Source: Raja brachyura (lineage: Eukaryota). From it: a stretch of DNA of 64,000 nucleotides. Shown one piece after another: positions 28,043 to 40,800 of this stretch (position 1 is the first letter of the stretch; the number at the start of each line of letters is the position of its first letter). The notes beneath the pieces were generated by a model, which did not search any database, was not told the origin of the DNA, and worked only from the letters and a program-made list of their open reading frames with translations. The translations under genes and the position numbers were made by a program. Where the stretch lies: assembly GCA_963514005.1 (NCBI GenBank), contig OY740783.1:120280001-120344000 (forward strand), given 5' to 3'.

Positions 28043-28166
28043 CTTTGATAATCACTGTCTCTTGCCCGTTCCGATTGCCCCTCCTATAGTGGTCCATCTT
28101 TTGCCAAGACTGTTCTTCACCCCTCATTGTGATACGTGGCATGCCCCGTGAGAACCCTCGCTCTTT
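28043..28166 (-). CDS. Siglec-15-like receptor, cytoplasmic exon C; +1 frameshift gives ERARVLTGHATYHNEG* (stop 28117-28119)
   Basis: Acceptor ttctatatctacag|, donor AAAG|GTGGGG, 124 nt. The duplicate at 13778-13862 has GGG where this copy has GGGG; removing one G gives an open 123-nt phase 1-1 exon. Confidence 0.55.
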
Positions 28167-29799
28167 CTGTAGATATAGAACTGTACTGCAGAATAGACAG
28201 CATTGTACTTCCAGGTCTGATGCTTGGCTGACCGATGGTGGGGAGTGGAAAATAAACAACACCAGGATCTCTAGTAACTCTATGTCCTGGGTCTTTGTTA
28301 CTGCTTACACCATGTCTGGCCTTTGCTGCATCTTCCCTGAATGTTGGATATGGAGAGCTCTGGATCACAGGCTCGACGGGAAGCCCAGTGTGTGTTGTCA
28401 ATGCCAGTGGATGTTTCTAGTCAGTACATCAAGGGTTTGCCTCCCAGCCCATTGGGGACACTATTTTGCTTGGCGCGTCCACACCGCTACTGTTGTTTCA
28501 CAGCTCACCGTGTGCTTACTGTTCCTTACCCATCTCCACTCCTACTCGGGAAAGGCTTTGAATGTGAACAATGCTGTAAATGAGGGCATCTGGAGAGTCA
28601 CATGGATCTGGAAAGGACACAAATTTATTGCACAACTTCATCGCCTTGCTATCTTAACCTCACAATCCCAGAACCTGAACTACTATCTCCCTCTTTGGTG
28701 ACCCTCGGACTGTCCTTGATCGGACTTTGTTGGCCTTACTTTCACTAAATGTTATTCCCTTATCATGCATCGATACACTGTAAATGGCTCGATTGTAATC
28801 ATGTATCGTCTTTCTGCTGACTGGATGGCACTTAACACAAACTTTTCACTGTACCTCGTTACATGTGACACTAAACTGTAACTGTCCAACAGTCTCTCTC
28901 CCCCCATTTCTAGCCCTGACAGCCCAATCTCTCCCCTCTCCTGTCACCCTACTCCCTTTTCTGCAGTTTTACTTCCCTGCAGGTGGAAAATAGAATATTG
29001 ACAAGACCCTGGAGGTACGAATCTTGGGACTGGCAGTGTTTTGCTGCTCACTGTGTTCACTGTTCCCCACACATGAGGGGGTTAATTGATTAGCAGGTGG
29101 GTTGAACAGCGGCCAGAGGTGAAAGACTGGAAGTGTGAGATAAGGATACGTGTGAATTGTGAAGCCAGAGGAATGAATGTGGGTGGAAGGGGAGGGGAAG
29201 TATTAAAATGGGTGCTCGTCCTGATGGGGCACAAAGAGAGAGGTGGGGTGGGAAAGGGGTGGGGAGGTGGAGATGGGTTTTGCTGGTTAGTTACCTAAAA
29301 TTGTTTGTGTATGGTATCACTCTGACAATGGAGGAGGTCCAGGACAGTGAGGTTAGGATGGGAATGGGAAGGGGAGTTAAAATGTATAGCAACAGAGAGA
29401 TCCAGCAGGTCCTGTTGCACAGAGTTAGTGTTCAGTAGAACGGTCGCCGAAGCTATATTTGGTCTCGCCAATGTAAAGGAGGCCACATCAGGTGCAGTAG
29501 ATGAGGTTGGAGGAGGTGCAGGTGAACCTCTGTCTCACCTGGAAGGGCTGCTGGGTATTCCTGGTTGCATGAGTTTTAATCTGTACACAACGCTCCATTG
29601 TCCTCCGCTGGATCCAGCTCGGGGCCATCTCAGTGTAAAGGTTCTCTTTTCCCATTGTCTGTAAGCTGGTCCACTTTGCTAATCTTGGGATCTCTACCTT
29701 CTCCAGCTTGCCTCAGAAACATCCCCTCTTTGTTTCTCAGATCAATAGTAGCTCCCTCCTCAACGGCAATGGCGGCACAGTGGCGCAGCTGGTAAAAAG

Positions 29800-30548
29800 T
29801 GCAAACTCCACACTGATATCACCCAAGGTTGGGATCGAACACTGGTCTCAAGCGCTGTCAAGCACAGTCCCACACCACTTCACATCAATGACAGCGATGT
29901 GGAGGTGGTCAGTAGCACAAAGTTCCTGGGGGTGCAGATCACTAACAGTCTGACCTGGTCGAATAACATCTCATCAACAGTTAAGAGAGCGCAGCAGCGG
30001 TTGCACTTTCTGCGCCGGATGAGAAGAGCTCACCTCCCCCATCCCATCCTCACTACTTTCTACAGGGGCACCATGGAGAGTATTCTGACCAGCTGTATCT
30101 CTGTCTGGTTTGGGGACTGTAGAGCCTCCGACTGGAAGTCTGTGCAGAGAGTGGTGAGGACAGCGGAAAAAATCATCGGGACCTATCTCCCCTCAATCGG
30201 GGATATTGCGACCAAACGCTGTGTGTCTAAGGCCAGCAGTATCATAAAGGACCCCACACATCTCCATCACGGACTGTTCACTCTGCTGCCCTCGGGAAAA
30301 AGATACCGCAGCATAAGGAGCAGAACATCAAGGTTCCGCAACAGCTTCTTCCCACGAGCCATCAGACTCCTGAATGCCATGTAAATGGGCTGCCACTATT
30401 GTCTATTTATCCTTTTCATACATACCTATCCTTCGGTTAATTTATTGTGTTGCACAGGGAGCCAAACGCAACGTAATTTCGTTTGGAACTGCATATATCA
30501 ATGTATTTCTAAATGACAATAAAGTTTGTTTGACTTTCGACTTGACTT
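29800..30548 (+). mobile_element. Rex1/Babar-type LINE 3' fragment inserted in an HE1-like SINE head
   Basis: KFLGVQI..LTWS..KRAQQRLHFLRR..FYRGTMESILT..LLPSGKRYRSI..FRNSFFP; (ttgact)n tail. Confidence 0.85.
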
Positions 30549-30848
30549 TGGTGAGGCAGCAGCTCTGCCAGCTGTGCCACGACACAGCACCAGAGATCTG
30601 GGTTTAATCCTGAGCTTGGGTGCTCTTGGTATAGAGTCTGTGCTTGTCCCGATGAATGCTTGGGTTAACTCCGGCTGTTCCAGTTTCCTCCACCACCTCA
30701 TAGATATGTGGGTTAATTGGACTCTTTTAACCACTTTTAACCACTCTGCCTCAGGAGCTGGGTCGTGAAAGCTGGCATTTACTTCCTGCATCTCTTCTTC
30801 CTGGTTACCTCTGTGCAAATTACAAATGATAACCATCAGTGCACTCAC

Positions 30849-30965
30849 CAACATTCCTGTCCAATTCTCCTGGTGTTGGAACTGCCTGGGTGGCTGCCCT
30901 GTTTCTTGTCTCCGTGTTTAAATCAACAACACTGTATATAGGGTCCCCTTCAGGCTCCTGTGAAC
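30849..30965 (-). CDS. Siglec-15-like receptor, cytoplasmic exon B (GSQEPEGDPIYSVVDLNTETRNRAATQAVPTPGELDRNV)
   Basis: Acceptor ttttttgtgtctttgacag|, donor TTG|GTGAGT, 117 nt, phase 1-1, open; contains a YxxV tyrosine motif. Confidence 0.75.
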
Positions 30966-31629
30966 CTGTCAAAGACACAAAAAAGCAATGGATATTTTAA
31001 TGGAGAAATTAGAGCTCCCAAACTGTCCACCCCATCCCTTCCCACAGGGTCAAAACTGTAGATAAAACGGAAGGGAATCCTGGAGTAATCGCAAAATGCA
31101 GAACTTTCCAACCCTATCCTCAGGGGTGGTGGAGGGTTACATAGATGAGGTTCTTTGTGCAAACCTATGAAATACATTGATTAGGTATTGTTACTTTGGG
31201 ATTAATAGGATCAATTCCAAATTACATTGGCCTTTCAAGACCAAAGCTGGTATACTAGGTATAGTATTGGTCTCCTTACCCCAAAAAGCAATGGACAGAC
31301 AGTTCCGCTATACTACGAATGCTGCATTCTTAAGGAACACCTCATTGTAGAAAATTACATTCTGAAAACAATTGTGCCAATGAGAAAAAGGAGGTAAGGG
31401 GCAAGTGATTATGAGACTTGCAATAACAATGTTATTTCTTCCACTGCTTTTTTAAAAACAAAGATATTTTCTATAGGTCCAAGTTTATTTTTGTAGCTGC
31501 AATCTACAAATACTCATGGCTCAATGTTACATTGTTTAACAGAGTAGCACTGCACAAGCGTCAATTGAAATGATTGCTTGGCCACCCATGATGATCTGTA
31601 TTCATAAGAGACAGTGGTAATTGATTACT

Positions 31630-31890
31630 GCAGGGAGGTTACGGGCGCAGGAGGAGCCCGGCCGGGAGTCACCCCACAGAGCCCAGTCCCTCCATGCACT
31701 AGAGTCTCCCAACCCCTGCAGAGTAGTTAAGATGGCTGATCCGTGGGTGGTTGCTGCTGGGACGCAAGTCGGGGCCTGATCAACCCCAGCTGGGTCGCCT
31801 GGGTGAGGGTGTCTGATGTTGTGAGACCCGAAACACCCGATGACCCCAGGTCACATCACTGAGGATGCGTCCCAGCTCATCTAGAAGATG
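31630..31890 (+). mobile_element. Internally deleted Hero/R2-like non-LTR remnant
   Basis: ..DPWVVAAGTQVGA* followed by gggtcgcctgggtgagggtgtctgatg..gacccgaaacacccgatga, which resembles the recalled 3' ends of fish Hero elements. Confidence 0.4.
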
Positions 31891-32513
31891 TATATTTTTC
31901 ACATGATCGTGTTTTTTTCCCCCAGGTTGTTTTTTCCAAGATAGCTTTTTTTCTGCTTTCCAAAGTAACTTTTAACTGGATCTCTACTTCCTGATAGAGA
32001 TTACTTTATAACCTTATAATAATAGCATTACCTAATTCAGCAATCGTGTTGTAGCCAATTTGCGATTTCAAAACCTATGTTGAGCAGAACTACCTATACT
32101 TACTTTGCAGGTTATGCAGCAAAGGTTCATAAGGCTGGTTTCTGGGATGACAAAGAGATTAAATAGGTTGGACCTTCAATCTTTAGAGTTAAGGACAGAT
32201 GTCCAATGCAAAGTACTTCCAGTAGGTTCGACAGAGTAGATTAATTCCCATGACTGAGGAAACTGGAATTTTAGTGCAAGCCCTGGGCCTTGAGGCGAGT
32301 CTTTTAAGTAATAATATTCCACTTGAACACACAACCCGATCTGCTCTGAGAGGGATTGTCTTTGCTGATCTAATTAGGAGGATATGGGAGGTAGGGAAGG
32401 AGGGTAAGTGGTAGCGACAATTGAAAGGCCAGTTATTAAATGCAGGTTTGAGCTCTGCTTTTCCAAAGAATGTCCTCAATGTGAAAGGAAGCTTTGGCAG
32501 ATTCCCCTATTAC

Positions 32514-32585
32514 CTGGCTCTGGTCCTTGTGGTTTCCGACCATTGGCCACGCTGGCATTAACACAACACACACGCTGCTGTGAAC
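32514..32585 (-). CDS. Siglec-15-like receptor, cytoplasmic exon A (GSQQRVCCVNASVANGRKPQGPEP)
   Basis: Acceptor ttcctgtgtctttgacag|, donor CCAG|GTAATA, 72 nt, phase 1-1, open. Confidence 0.7.
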
Positions 32586-33879
32586 CTGTCAAAGACACAG
32601 GAAAGTATTCTGTGAGAATTCCCACGTTACCTCTCCCACTCTCCTCCTTTAACTCTACTCTCAGCTCTAACCCATCTGGGCCTCCTAATTCCCTGCTCGA
32701 ATTATTTCCTTTCATAATCTTACTTAAAGGCCCAGTCCAATTTTAGTTCCTTAAACTTTGCATGTGCATCCTTTTCTTTAAAGACTAAATTTACAACCTC
32801 TCATAATTAAATCACTCTCACTTCCTGATGCAAAGTTGGCCAATAGCAGCTGCTCCCTAACTACTTTCCCCAGTAAAAAACAAAGTGCTGGAGAAATTCA
32901 GAGGGCCACGCAGGCTCTGTGGAGATAAATGGATAGATAATGATTTGGGTCAGGATCCTTCATTAGATTGATGGAGTAGAGGGGAGAAAGCTAGCAAGGA
33001 GAGTTGAAGGGGAACTGGTGTGGCAAAAACTGACACATGTTGGTAGATTCGGAAGAGGGTTGAGTGGCAGATGGCTGGAGTTTGTAACAAAGGATTGAGG
33101 TAAAATGAAGACAAAGCTGTGCAGATGTGGAATCAAATGAGGAAGGAAGAAGACTGTGCAATATGAAACCAAAGGGCAGGATGTGTGTCTCAGTGGGCCT
33201 CCTTGTGTCCCAGTGTTGTACACTATTCAGTACCAATCCTACCCTACCCCAGGATGTTCTGGTATTAATCATGCTACATGCTTGCTCAGTAGACTAACAA
33301 CAAATTTGGCATTTCTCCAACAACACGAGGCAATTTCTACAAATGCACCATTGAAAGCAAGACAAAGTGCTGGAGTAATTCAGCAAGTCAGGCAGCATCC
33401 CTGGAGAACGTGGATAGGTGACGTTAGGGTCGGGACCCTTCTTCACACTGATCGGGATACTGTCAGGATGCTTCACATCTTGGGAACAGCTCCCCATGGC
33501 TGTAGGAAATTTCAGAGAGTTGTGGATGTAGTTGAGTCCATCACACAGACCACACTTCCCACTATTGACTCCATCTGCACTTCACGCTGCCTTAGGAAAG
33601 CAGGCAACATAATCAAGGATCTTCTTCACCTCGGTCACCTGCTCTTCTCCCCTCTCCCTTTCGGCAGAAGATACATAAGGTTAAAGACACAATCCACCAG
33701 ATTCAGGAACAGCTTATTTCCCCACTTTTGTCAGACTACTGAATGGCCCTCCCACAAACTAAGTTGCAGTCCTGATCTTCCAACTTGGAACCTGATCTTC
33801 CAACTGTGACCCATGCATTTTTTATCATTTTACCTGAACTTTTTCTGGAGCTGTAACACTGTAATGAAGTAACTACGGA

Positions 33880-34125
33880 TGGTTCAGTGGAACAGCAGTA
33901 GAGTTGCTGCCTTACTGCGCCAGAGACCCAGGTTTGATCGTGACTATGGGTGCTGTCTGTGTGGAGTTTGTACGTTCTCCCTGTAACTACTTATGTTTTC
34001 TCTGAGTGCTCTGGTTTCCTCTCACACACGATAGACATAAGTGTTAATGATACAGGGTGCTCGCTGGTCGGCGCAGACATGGTGGACCAAAGGACATGTT
34101 TCCACGCTGTATCTCTACTAAGGTC
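33880..34125 (+). mobile_element. HE1-like tRNA-derived V-SINE (other copies at about 40-110, 2300-2480, 30585-30720, 48270-48470, 54410-54605)
   Basis: tRNA-like head followed by V-domain ggtgctgtctgtgtggagtttgtacgttctcc..ggtttcctc. Confidence 0.75.
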
Positions 34126-35750
34126 TAAAACACAATATTATGTACTCTGCTATTTTTCTCTTTACACTACCTGTTGTACTTGTATATGGATTGATTGTAC
34201 TCAAGTGTAGTATGAGTCGATACGACCAAATTACATGCAAACAAAGATTTTCACTGTGTCACAGTAGAAGTGACTATAATAATAAATTAATACATGAATG
34301 CAAGAATTTGTTGCTGTTGTACAAATCTAAGGACCTAATCAAGAACGTATCAATCTCCACTTTAAATTGTCCACTGACTAGACCCCCACTGTTGCCTGTG
34401 GCATTGAATTCCACTGATTCATCAGTCTCTGGCAAAAAAATAATCTTCCCAATCTCCATTCCAAAGGGTCATCCTTTTATTCTGAGTCTGTGCCCTCTGG
34501 TCCTGGATTCTCTCACTGCTTGTAACATCCTCTCCACGTCCACATGTCCTTTTGATAGCATAGAGACCAAGGACCTATACATTTATACCTGAGTTCGTAT
34601 CTTCTTGCATTAAATGCCAACATTACATTTGTTTTCCAAAATCCACACGTTTAATACATAAAGTGAGTTATCTGTGAACTTTGGTTTTCCACAATCCGTC
34701 ACCGCTGTAACAGCATTGACGTTTTCAGCTTTTTTTACTGAAGTGGATTATCTCACATTTTCTCACATTCCCATGTTGTTTCCCAATGCACTTGGCTTGT
34801 TGATATATTCTCTTCAAACCTTGAGCCATCACATTCCCACTCAATTTCACATAATCTGCAAACTGGTCCACGATTGAATCGGAAAGCTCAGAACCTTTTT
34901 CAAATGATACCCAAGCATTTGAAGAACAGTGAGGATCTAAGGACAGAATCACAGCCGGACCTTCCCATAAATTCATCGGAGGGCAAGGGCAATGAATACC
35001 TTATCTCAGGACTGTATTATTAAGAACAGGAAATCCTGACCCTGTTATACCCAAGTCACCATGGACAAGGACTGTCAGGCTAACAATGATGAGGGCAGAC
35101 TTGACCCTTCAAGGGGTACAGGCCCAGTCCACCAGAACTGAAGATTTAACGTTGGCACACGATGTCTGTGCCGACCACAATGCCAAATTAAACTAATTGC
35201 ATCTCTCTGCACATGGTTGATCTCTTTCCATTCCATGCATATTTATGTGTATAAATGCTCTTTAAACATTGCTATCATGTCAGCTTCCACATCTCCCCTG
35301 GTTGCACATTCCAGGCACCTACCATACTGAACAAATGGCACTTCTTAAATCTCCTTTAAAAACTTTCCTACTCTCACCTTAACTCATGCTCTCCAGTTTT
35401 TGACCAACTCTGGGGAAAAAGACTAACTACTCTTTCTATGTGTCTCAGAATTTGACATTCTTTGATCAGTTCGCCCCTCAGCATCAGATGTTCCAGAGAA
35501 AAACAATCCAACCTCTCCTTATAGCTAAAATCTTCTGATCCAGGCAGTATTCTGTAACCCTCTGCACCCTCTCCAAAGTGTCCAAATCCTTCCTGAAATG
35601 AGGTGACCAGAACTGGACAAAATACTCCAAATGTGACCTAACCAGGGATGACTGGCCTCCTGTTCGCTTTTCCGGCCTATAATATTTGATGAAGCCACCA
35701 GTCCCAAGAACACCCACAACAGGCCACAATGTAGTTGTTGGCAAACTTAC

Positions 35751-36125
35751 CTTTTTTCAAAGACACGAGAGCAAATACCATCACAAGGAGGACAATAGCC
35801 AATATGGGTAATCCAAAGTAGAGGCCTGGTTTCCACCATCTCCCATCATTGGCTCGGTGGATCTCACACGTGTCTCTCTGGTGTTCATTCACAGCCACAC
35901 ACGTGTATTTCCCTGGCAGCCTGGGGTGAAGCAGCTCTCCCACAGTCAGTAGTTTCTCTGGATCATGCGTGACTGTCATCTCACTACTGTTCCCGAGCAG
36001 TGCGCTGTTCCCTGGGCCGATCCACGTGATGTTTGCAAGGGGCTTCCCTTCAGCCTTGCACACGAGGGTGTATTCTCCAGTTACATTGTCGCTCACAACG
36101 AACAGCTCCAGGATGGTGGCTGGGA
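35751..36125 (-). CDS. Siglec-15-like receptor, exon 6: C2-set Ig domain plus transmembrane helix
   Basis: 375 nt, phase 1-1. [33 protein letters not shown] resembles Siglec-15 C2 (LCTAEGEP..WSGP..LVTAEL..GRYTCTAAN). [24 protein letters not shown] then KK; donor AAAG|GTAAGT. An in-frame alternative CAG acceptor lies 6 nt downstream. Confidence 0.9.
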
Positions 36126-36776
36126 CTTGGAGAAGGAAAAAAATCATTAAATTCATTGAATTAATCTCTGTTGGTGTGTGCGGATAAAGTCCATCTGAAT
36201 GGGGATTGGAAGAACACGCCTATGAAACTACAGTGAAATATTTGCAGATATGATAGTGTTTTTGAGAAGCACATGGATGTACAGGGAATGGAGTGATATG
36301 GATCATGTGTCGGCAGATGATATTAGTTTAACTTACGGTACCATTATGTCCTGCACAGAAATTGTGGGACAAAGAGCCTGTTCCTGTGGTGTACTGTTCT
36401 ATGTAATATTCAGTGAGAGAACATACAGGTTCCCGGAGTCAATGTGAATGAAAGAGACGGATGCAAATCCCCCAGGGGGGTCTGTGGATCTTTGCAACAC
36501 AGACCATGTCACAGACACAGGGACTGGACGTTCAGCAGGTGAATGTGGGTCTGAATCTCTGATCCTGCTGCAGGGAGCTCCGTGCATCCTGGCTGGAATC
36601 AGACTGTTTTCCAACCACTGGGGGCAATGCTGAGCAAGGGAAGCCCAGGGCAAAGAATGGAACCTACAGTGGATTGGGCCGATCTCGGCTCCAGCTGTCA
36701 GTGGATCTCATGTCCTCTTACATTTGTTAATGTGATTTTATGGTTCACAGCACAACACAGACAGATCTTTCCTTAC

Positions 36777-37139
36777 CCACAACCTCAAGTTTCATCTCAT
36801 CCTGAGTTACCGTCTCCTGTGTGGAATTCCTGACCCATACGTAACAGAAATAGTCACTGCTGTCGTCCAGTCTGAGCTCCTTCACTCTGATAGAGGCTTC
36901 TCCCTGGTCTAATTTTCCCACCAGCTCATATCGACCTCCTCCCTTTACAGTGACAGTGTAGGGAGGGTTCACAGAGTGGGGGTGGGTGTGATTAAAGACT
37001 GTGGACTGTTCCCGTGGATTCCCCTTCATCCAGCGGACAGTGATGGGGCTGGGATTCTTGCTCAAGGGGCTGAAGGAGCATGGCAGTGTGGCTGAATCTC
37101 TTCTCTTCCCAATCACCATGGATGTATTCTTCTTTCCAT
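36777..37139 (-). CDS. Siglec-15-like receptor, exon 5: V-set domain V4
   Basis: 363 nt, phase 1-1, open. ATLPCSF..W..RYELVGKLDQGEASIRV..DSSDYFCYV. Acceptor ttctctttacaag|, donor G|GTAAGG. Confidence 0.85.
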
Positions 37140-37372
37140 CTTGTAAAGAGAAAAGTTGTATTTAACAATCTATTCCACATCGTTTATAAAAATACATCAT
37201 CTATGCCTGTGACTTTGATTCTCCATCCCACTCCTGCTCTGATCTGTCTGTCTCAGACCTCCTGCACTGTTCTAATGAGGTCCAATCTCAAGCAACAGCA
37301 CCTCATCTTCTGTCTGGGCAGCATGAAGCCTTTGTGCTAACATTTAATGCAACAATTTCAATAACTTACTTA

Positions 37373-37654
37373 AGGGCCTGTCCAACCTACGCAATTTCTT
37401 AGGCCACTACAGGCGACTGGGCAGTCGCCACACGGTCGCCGGGTGTCACCTCTATGGTTGTGAGTCATCTCCTCAAGTCGCCCAAAGAGTTGTAGTGTTT
37501 TTCTGTTCGCCACTGGATTTTGAAATGGTCAAAAGGTGCCGATGCTGACTTCGGTGAATTCAATTGGCGACTACCTACGTCAACCAGAAACAGGTACCGG
37601 CATCAAGAGAAGTCTTCAGTTGTCTTCAGTTGTCACCGAAGAGGGATAGGCCCT
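37373..37654. mobile_element. PIF/Harbinger-like MITE
   Basis: TIRs agggcctgtcc / ggataggccct flanked by TAA/TTA; about 280 bp, non-coding. Confidence 0.6.
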
Positions 37655-39054
37655 TTACTGTTTGTATAAGAACTGGTCAGAACTGCCTCTGAAGTCAATA
37701 TTACCTGACCCATACCACCATAACCATAGGCTGATGACAATATCACTGGAGAAGCCACAAGACCCGTCAACACCAACATTGGAGATGAGACAGTGGCGTT
37801 CGCCTCTGTTCAAACATGAGAAAGTGAAGCCAATTGCAAGAGTACAGTCCACATGAGTGGCAGCACAAATATCAAACCCACACATGGGCTGTAGTGTGCT
37901 TATTGAAAATGCAAGATATCATGAGGAAGGCAGATAAACGTAGAACTGTAGAAAGATACTGCAATTTTTAATCTAAATGCAGGTATAGGCAGAGAAATGG
38001 CAGATGGAGTTTGATCTGAACATGTGTGAAGTGTTGAGTTTGGGAGGTTGAATGCAAGTGGAAAGTATACAAGGCCAAGACCCTTAAAACTACTGATGTA
38101 CAGAAAAATATTGGGATCCAATTCCATAACTCCCTGAAAATGGCAACACGTTAAAAATGTGTACAGTATGCTTGCTTTCATTGGTCAAGGTACTGAATAC
38201 AAGATGTGTAGGAAGGAACTGCAGATGCTGGTTAAAACCGAAGATGGACACAAAAAGCTGAAGTAACTCAACGGGACAGGCAGCATCTCTGGAGAGAAAG
38301 AATGGGTCACGTTTCAGATCGAGAAGAAGATACTCGACCTGAAACGTCATCCATTCCTTCTCTCCAGAGATGCTACCTGTCCCAGTGAGTTACTCCAGCT
38401 TTTAGTGTCTATCTGCTGAATACAAGAGTCAGGAAGTCATGTTGTAGCTCTATACAACTTTAGTTACGACACTGGGATTATTGCATTCAGTTTTATGTGC
38501 AGTTCTCACCCATTACAGGAAGGATGTGGAGACTTTGGAACGGGTTCAGAAGAGGTTTACCAGAATGCGGCCTGGATTAGAGGGTATTAGTTATAAGAAA
38601 AGGTCGGACATACTTGAACTGCTTTCTCTGGACTGTTGAAAGTTTATAAAAATATGAAAGACATGGATAGGAGAGAGAGTCAGAACCTTTTGCCTATGGC
38701 GGAAATGTCAACGAATAGATGAGATTGTGATAAGGACAGAGGGGAAAGGTGAAAGGAGATATATGGGAAAAGTTAATGTTTACACCGAGGGTGGTGGGTG
38801 CCAGGAAAATACTGCTATGGGTGGAGGTGGAGGCAGCTACGATAGTGGAGTTTTAGAGGCTTTTTGAAATGCAGGTAATGGAAGAAATGTATCACCTGCA
38901 GGTAGACGAGATTAACATAGCATCATGTTTGGTACAGACATTGCGGGCCTAATGGCCTGTTCCTGTGCTGGTCTACGCTGTCAGTGGGAGCTCATTCCTC
39001 TTAAGGTTGTTCAATATGATATTATCATTTACAGCATAAAATACGTTTCCTTAC

Positions 39055-39417
39055 CCATAACCTGCAGTTTCACCTCATCCTGATTCACAGTCGTCAACTT
39101 TGAATTCCTGATAGAAACGTGACAGGAGTAATCACTGGCGTCACCCACTTTGAGTCCCTTCACTCTGATGGAGGCGTCTCCCTGCGCAAGGTTTCCCACC
39201 AGCTCATATCGATCTTCTTCATTTACATTTTCAGGAATGCGATGTGCTGCTGGGCGGGGAGAAGTGTGACGAAAGACAACAGACCATTGTGGTGGATTCC
39301 CCTTCATCCAGCTGATGGTGATGGAGCTGGGATTCCCGTTCGACGGACTGAAGGAGCAGGGCAGTGTGGCAGTCGCACCCTTCCTCCCAATCACCATGGA
39401 TGCTCTGTCATTATCAC
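39055..39417 (-). CDS. Siglec-15-like receptor, exon 4: V-set domain V3
   Basis: 363 nt, phase 1-1, open. ATLPCSF..W..RYELVGNLAQGDASIRV..DASDYSCHV. Acceptor tgcaag|, donor G|GTAAGG. Confidence 0.85.
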
Positions 39418-39779
39418 CTTGCATAGAGAAGAGTTTTAAAGTGTGAATACAATTTAGTAATTGACCACAAAAACCACACGGTCTTTGTCAATAGTTCATC
39501 CACACTTGTGTCTTGCATACTCCATCCCATTCCCACTCTGATCCATCTGTTCCTGACCTTCTGCAGTATTCTATTAAGGGCCAATCTGAACTAAAGACAT
39601 ATCAGCTTTAGTCTGGACAAGATGGAGCCTTCATGGCTCCAATTGAGTTTTGACCTTGAAGACGAGGAACTGGAGAGGAGGATGACTAAAGGCGTGGTTA
39701 GCTGAATCAGATGGGGTGGGGGGGGGGGGGGTCTTAGGGTCTGCACCATAAGCTCATCTGCGAGAGGCGCGGTTCATAG

Positions 39780-40800
39780 GATTATACGTGATTCTACTCC
39801 TGAATTAGACCATTCGGCCCATCAAGTCTACTCCGCCATTCAATCGTGGCTGATCTATCTCTCCTAACTCAATTCTCCAGCCTTCTCATAACCTCTGACA
39901 CCTGCACTAATCAGGAATCGATTAATCTCTGCCTTAAATATATCCACTGACCTTGCCTCCACAGCCTTCTGTGGCAAAGAATTCCAAAGATTCACCACAC
40001 TCCGACCAAAGAAATTCCTCCTCATTTCCTTCCTAAAAGAACGTCCTTTAATCCTGAGGCTAAAACCTCTTGTCTTAGACTCTCCTACTAGTGGAAACAT
40101 CCTCTCCACATCCAGGTCTTTCACTATTCTGTCTGTTTCAATGAGGTCCCCCCCTCATTCTTCTTAACTCGAGCGAACATAGGCTGTCAAATATTAATCT
40201 GATGTTATCCTACTGATTCCTGGGATCATTCCTGTGAACTTCCTCTGGACCCTCTCCAGAGCCAGCACATCCTTCCTCAGATATGGTGTCCAAAATTGCT
40301 CACAATATTCCAAATGTGGCCTGACCAGCGCCTGAAAGAGTCTCAGCATTACATCCGTACTTTTGTATATAAACCCTCTCGAAATAAATGCTAGCATTGC
40401 GTTTGCCTTCTTTACAACCGATGCGAATTGAAGATTAACTTTTTGGGAATCCTGCACCAGCATTCCCAAGTCGCCTTGCACCTCCGATTTGTGGATTCTC
40501 TCCCCAATTAAAAAATAATCAACGCCTTTAATCCTATTACCAAAATACATGAATCCGCACTTTTCCATCTGCCACTTCTCTGCCTACTCTCCCAACCTAT
40601 CCAAGTTCTTCTGCAGAGTCCCTGCTTTCTCTGCACTACCTGCCCCTCCACCTATTTTCGTATTAACCGCAAACTTGGCCACAAAGCCTTCAATCCCCTC
40701 ATCCAAATCATTAAAATACAATGTGAAGAGCAGCGGCCCCAGCACCGAGCCTTGCGGAACTCTGCTAGTAATTCGCAGCCAACCAGAAAAAGCCTGGTTA
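39780..40800 (-). mobile_element. CR1 LINE 3' fragment
   Basis: VPQGSVLGPLLF, KKANAMLAFI, LVRPHLEYC, FRKEMRRNFF. Confidence 0.9.

Noticed and set aside
28983-29014. Plus-strand micro-exon-like segment (ccctgcag|..GAG|GTACGA)
   Set aside because: Isolated, with no partner exons or recognisable product; the pyrimidine tract is low-complexity.
29770-29850. tRNA-like A/B box sequence
   Set aside because: Head of a tRNA-derived SINE; no complete cloverleaf.
30730-30811. Candidate exon GNQEEEMQEVNASFHDP just after exon B
   Set aside because: It would need an intron of about 40 nt, and the CAG acceptor gives the wrong phase.
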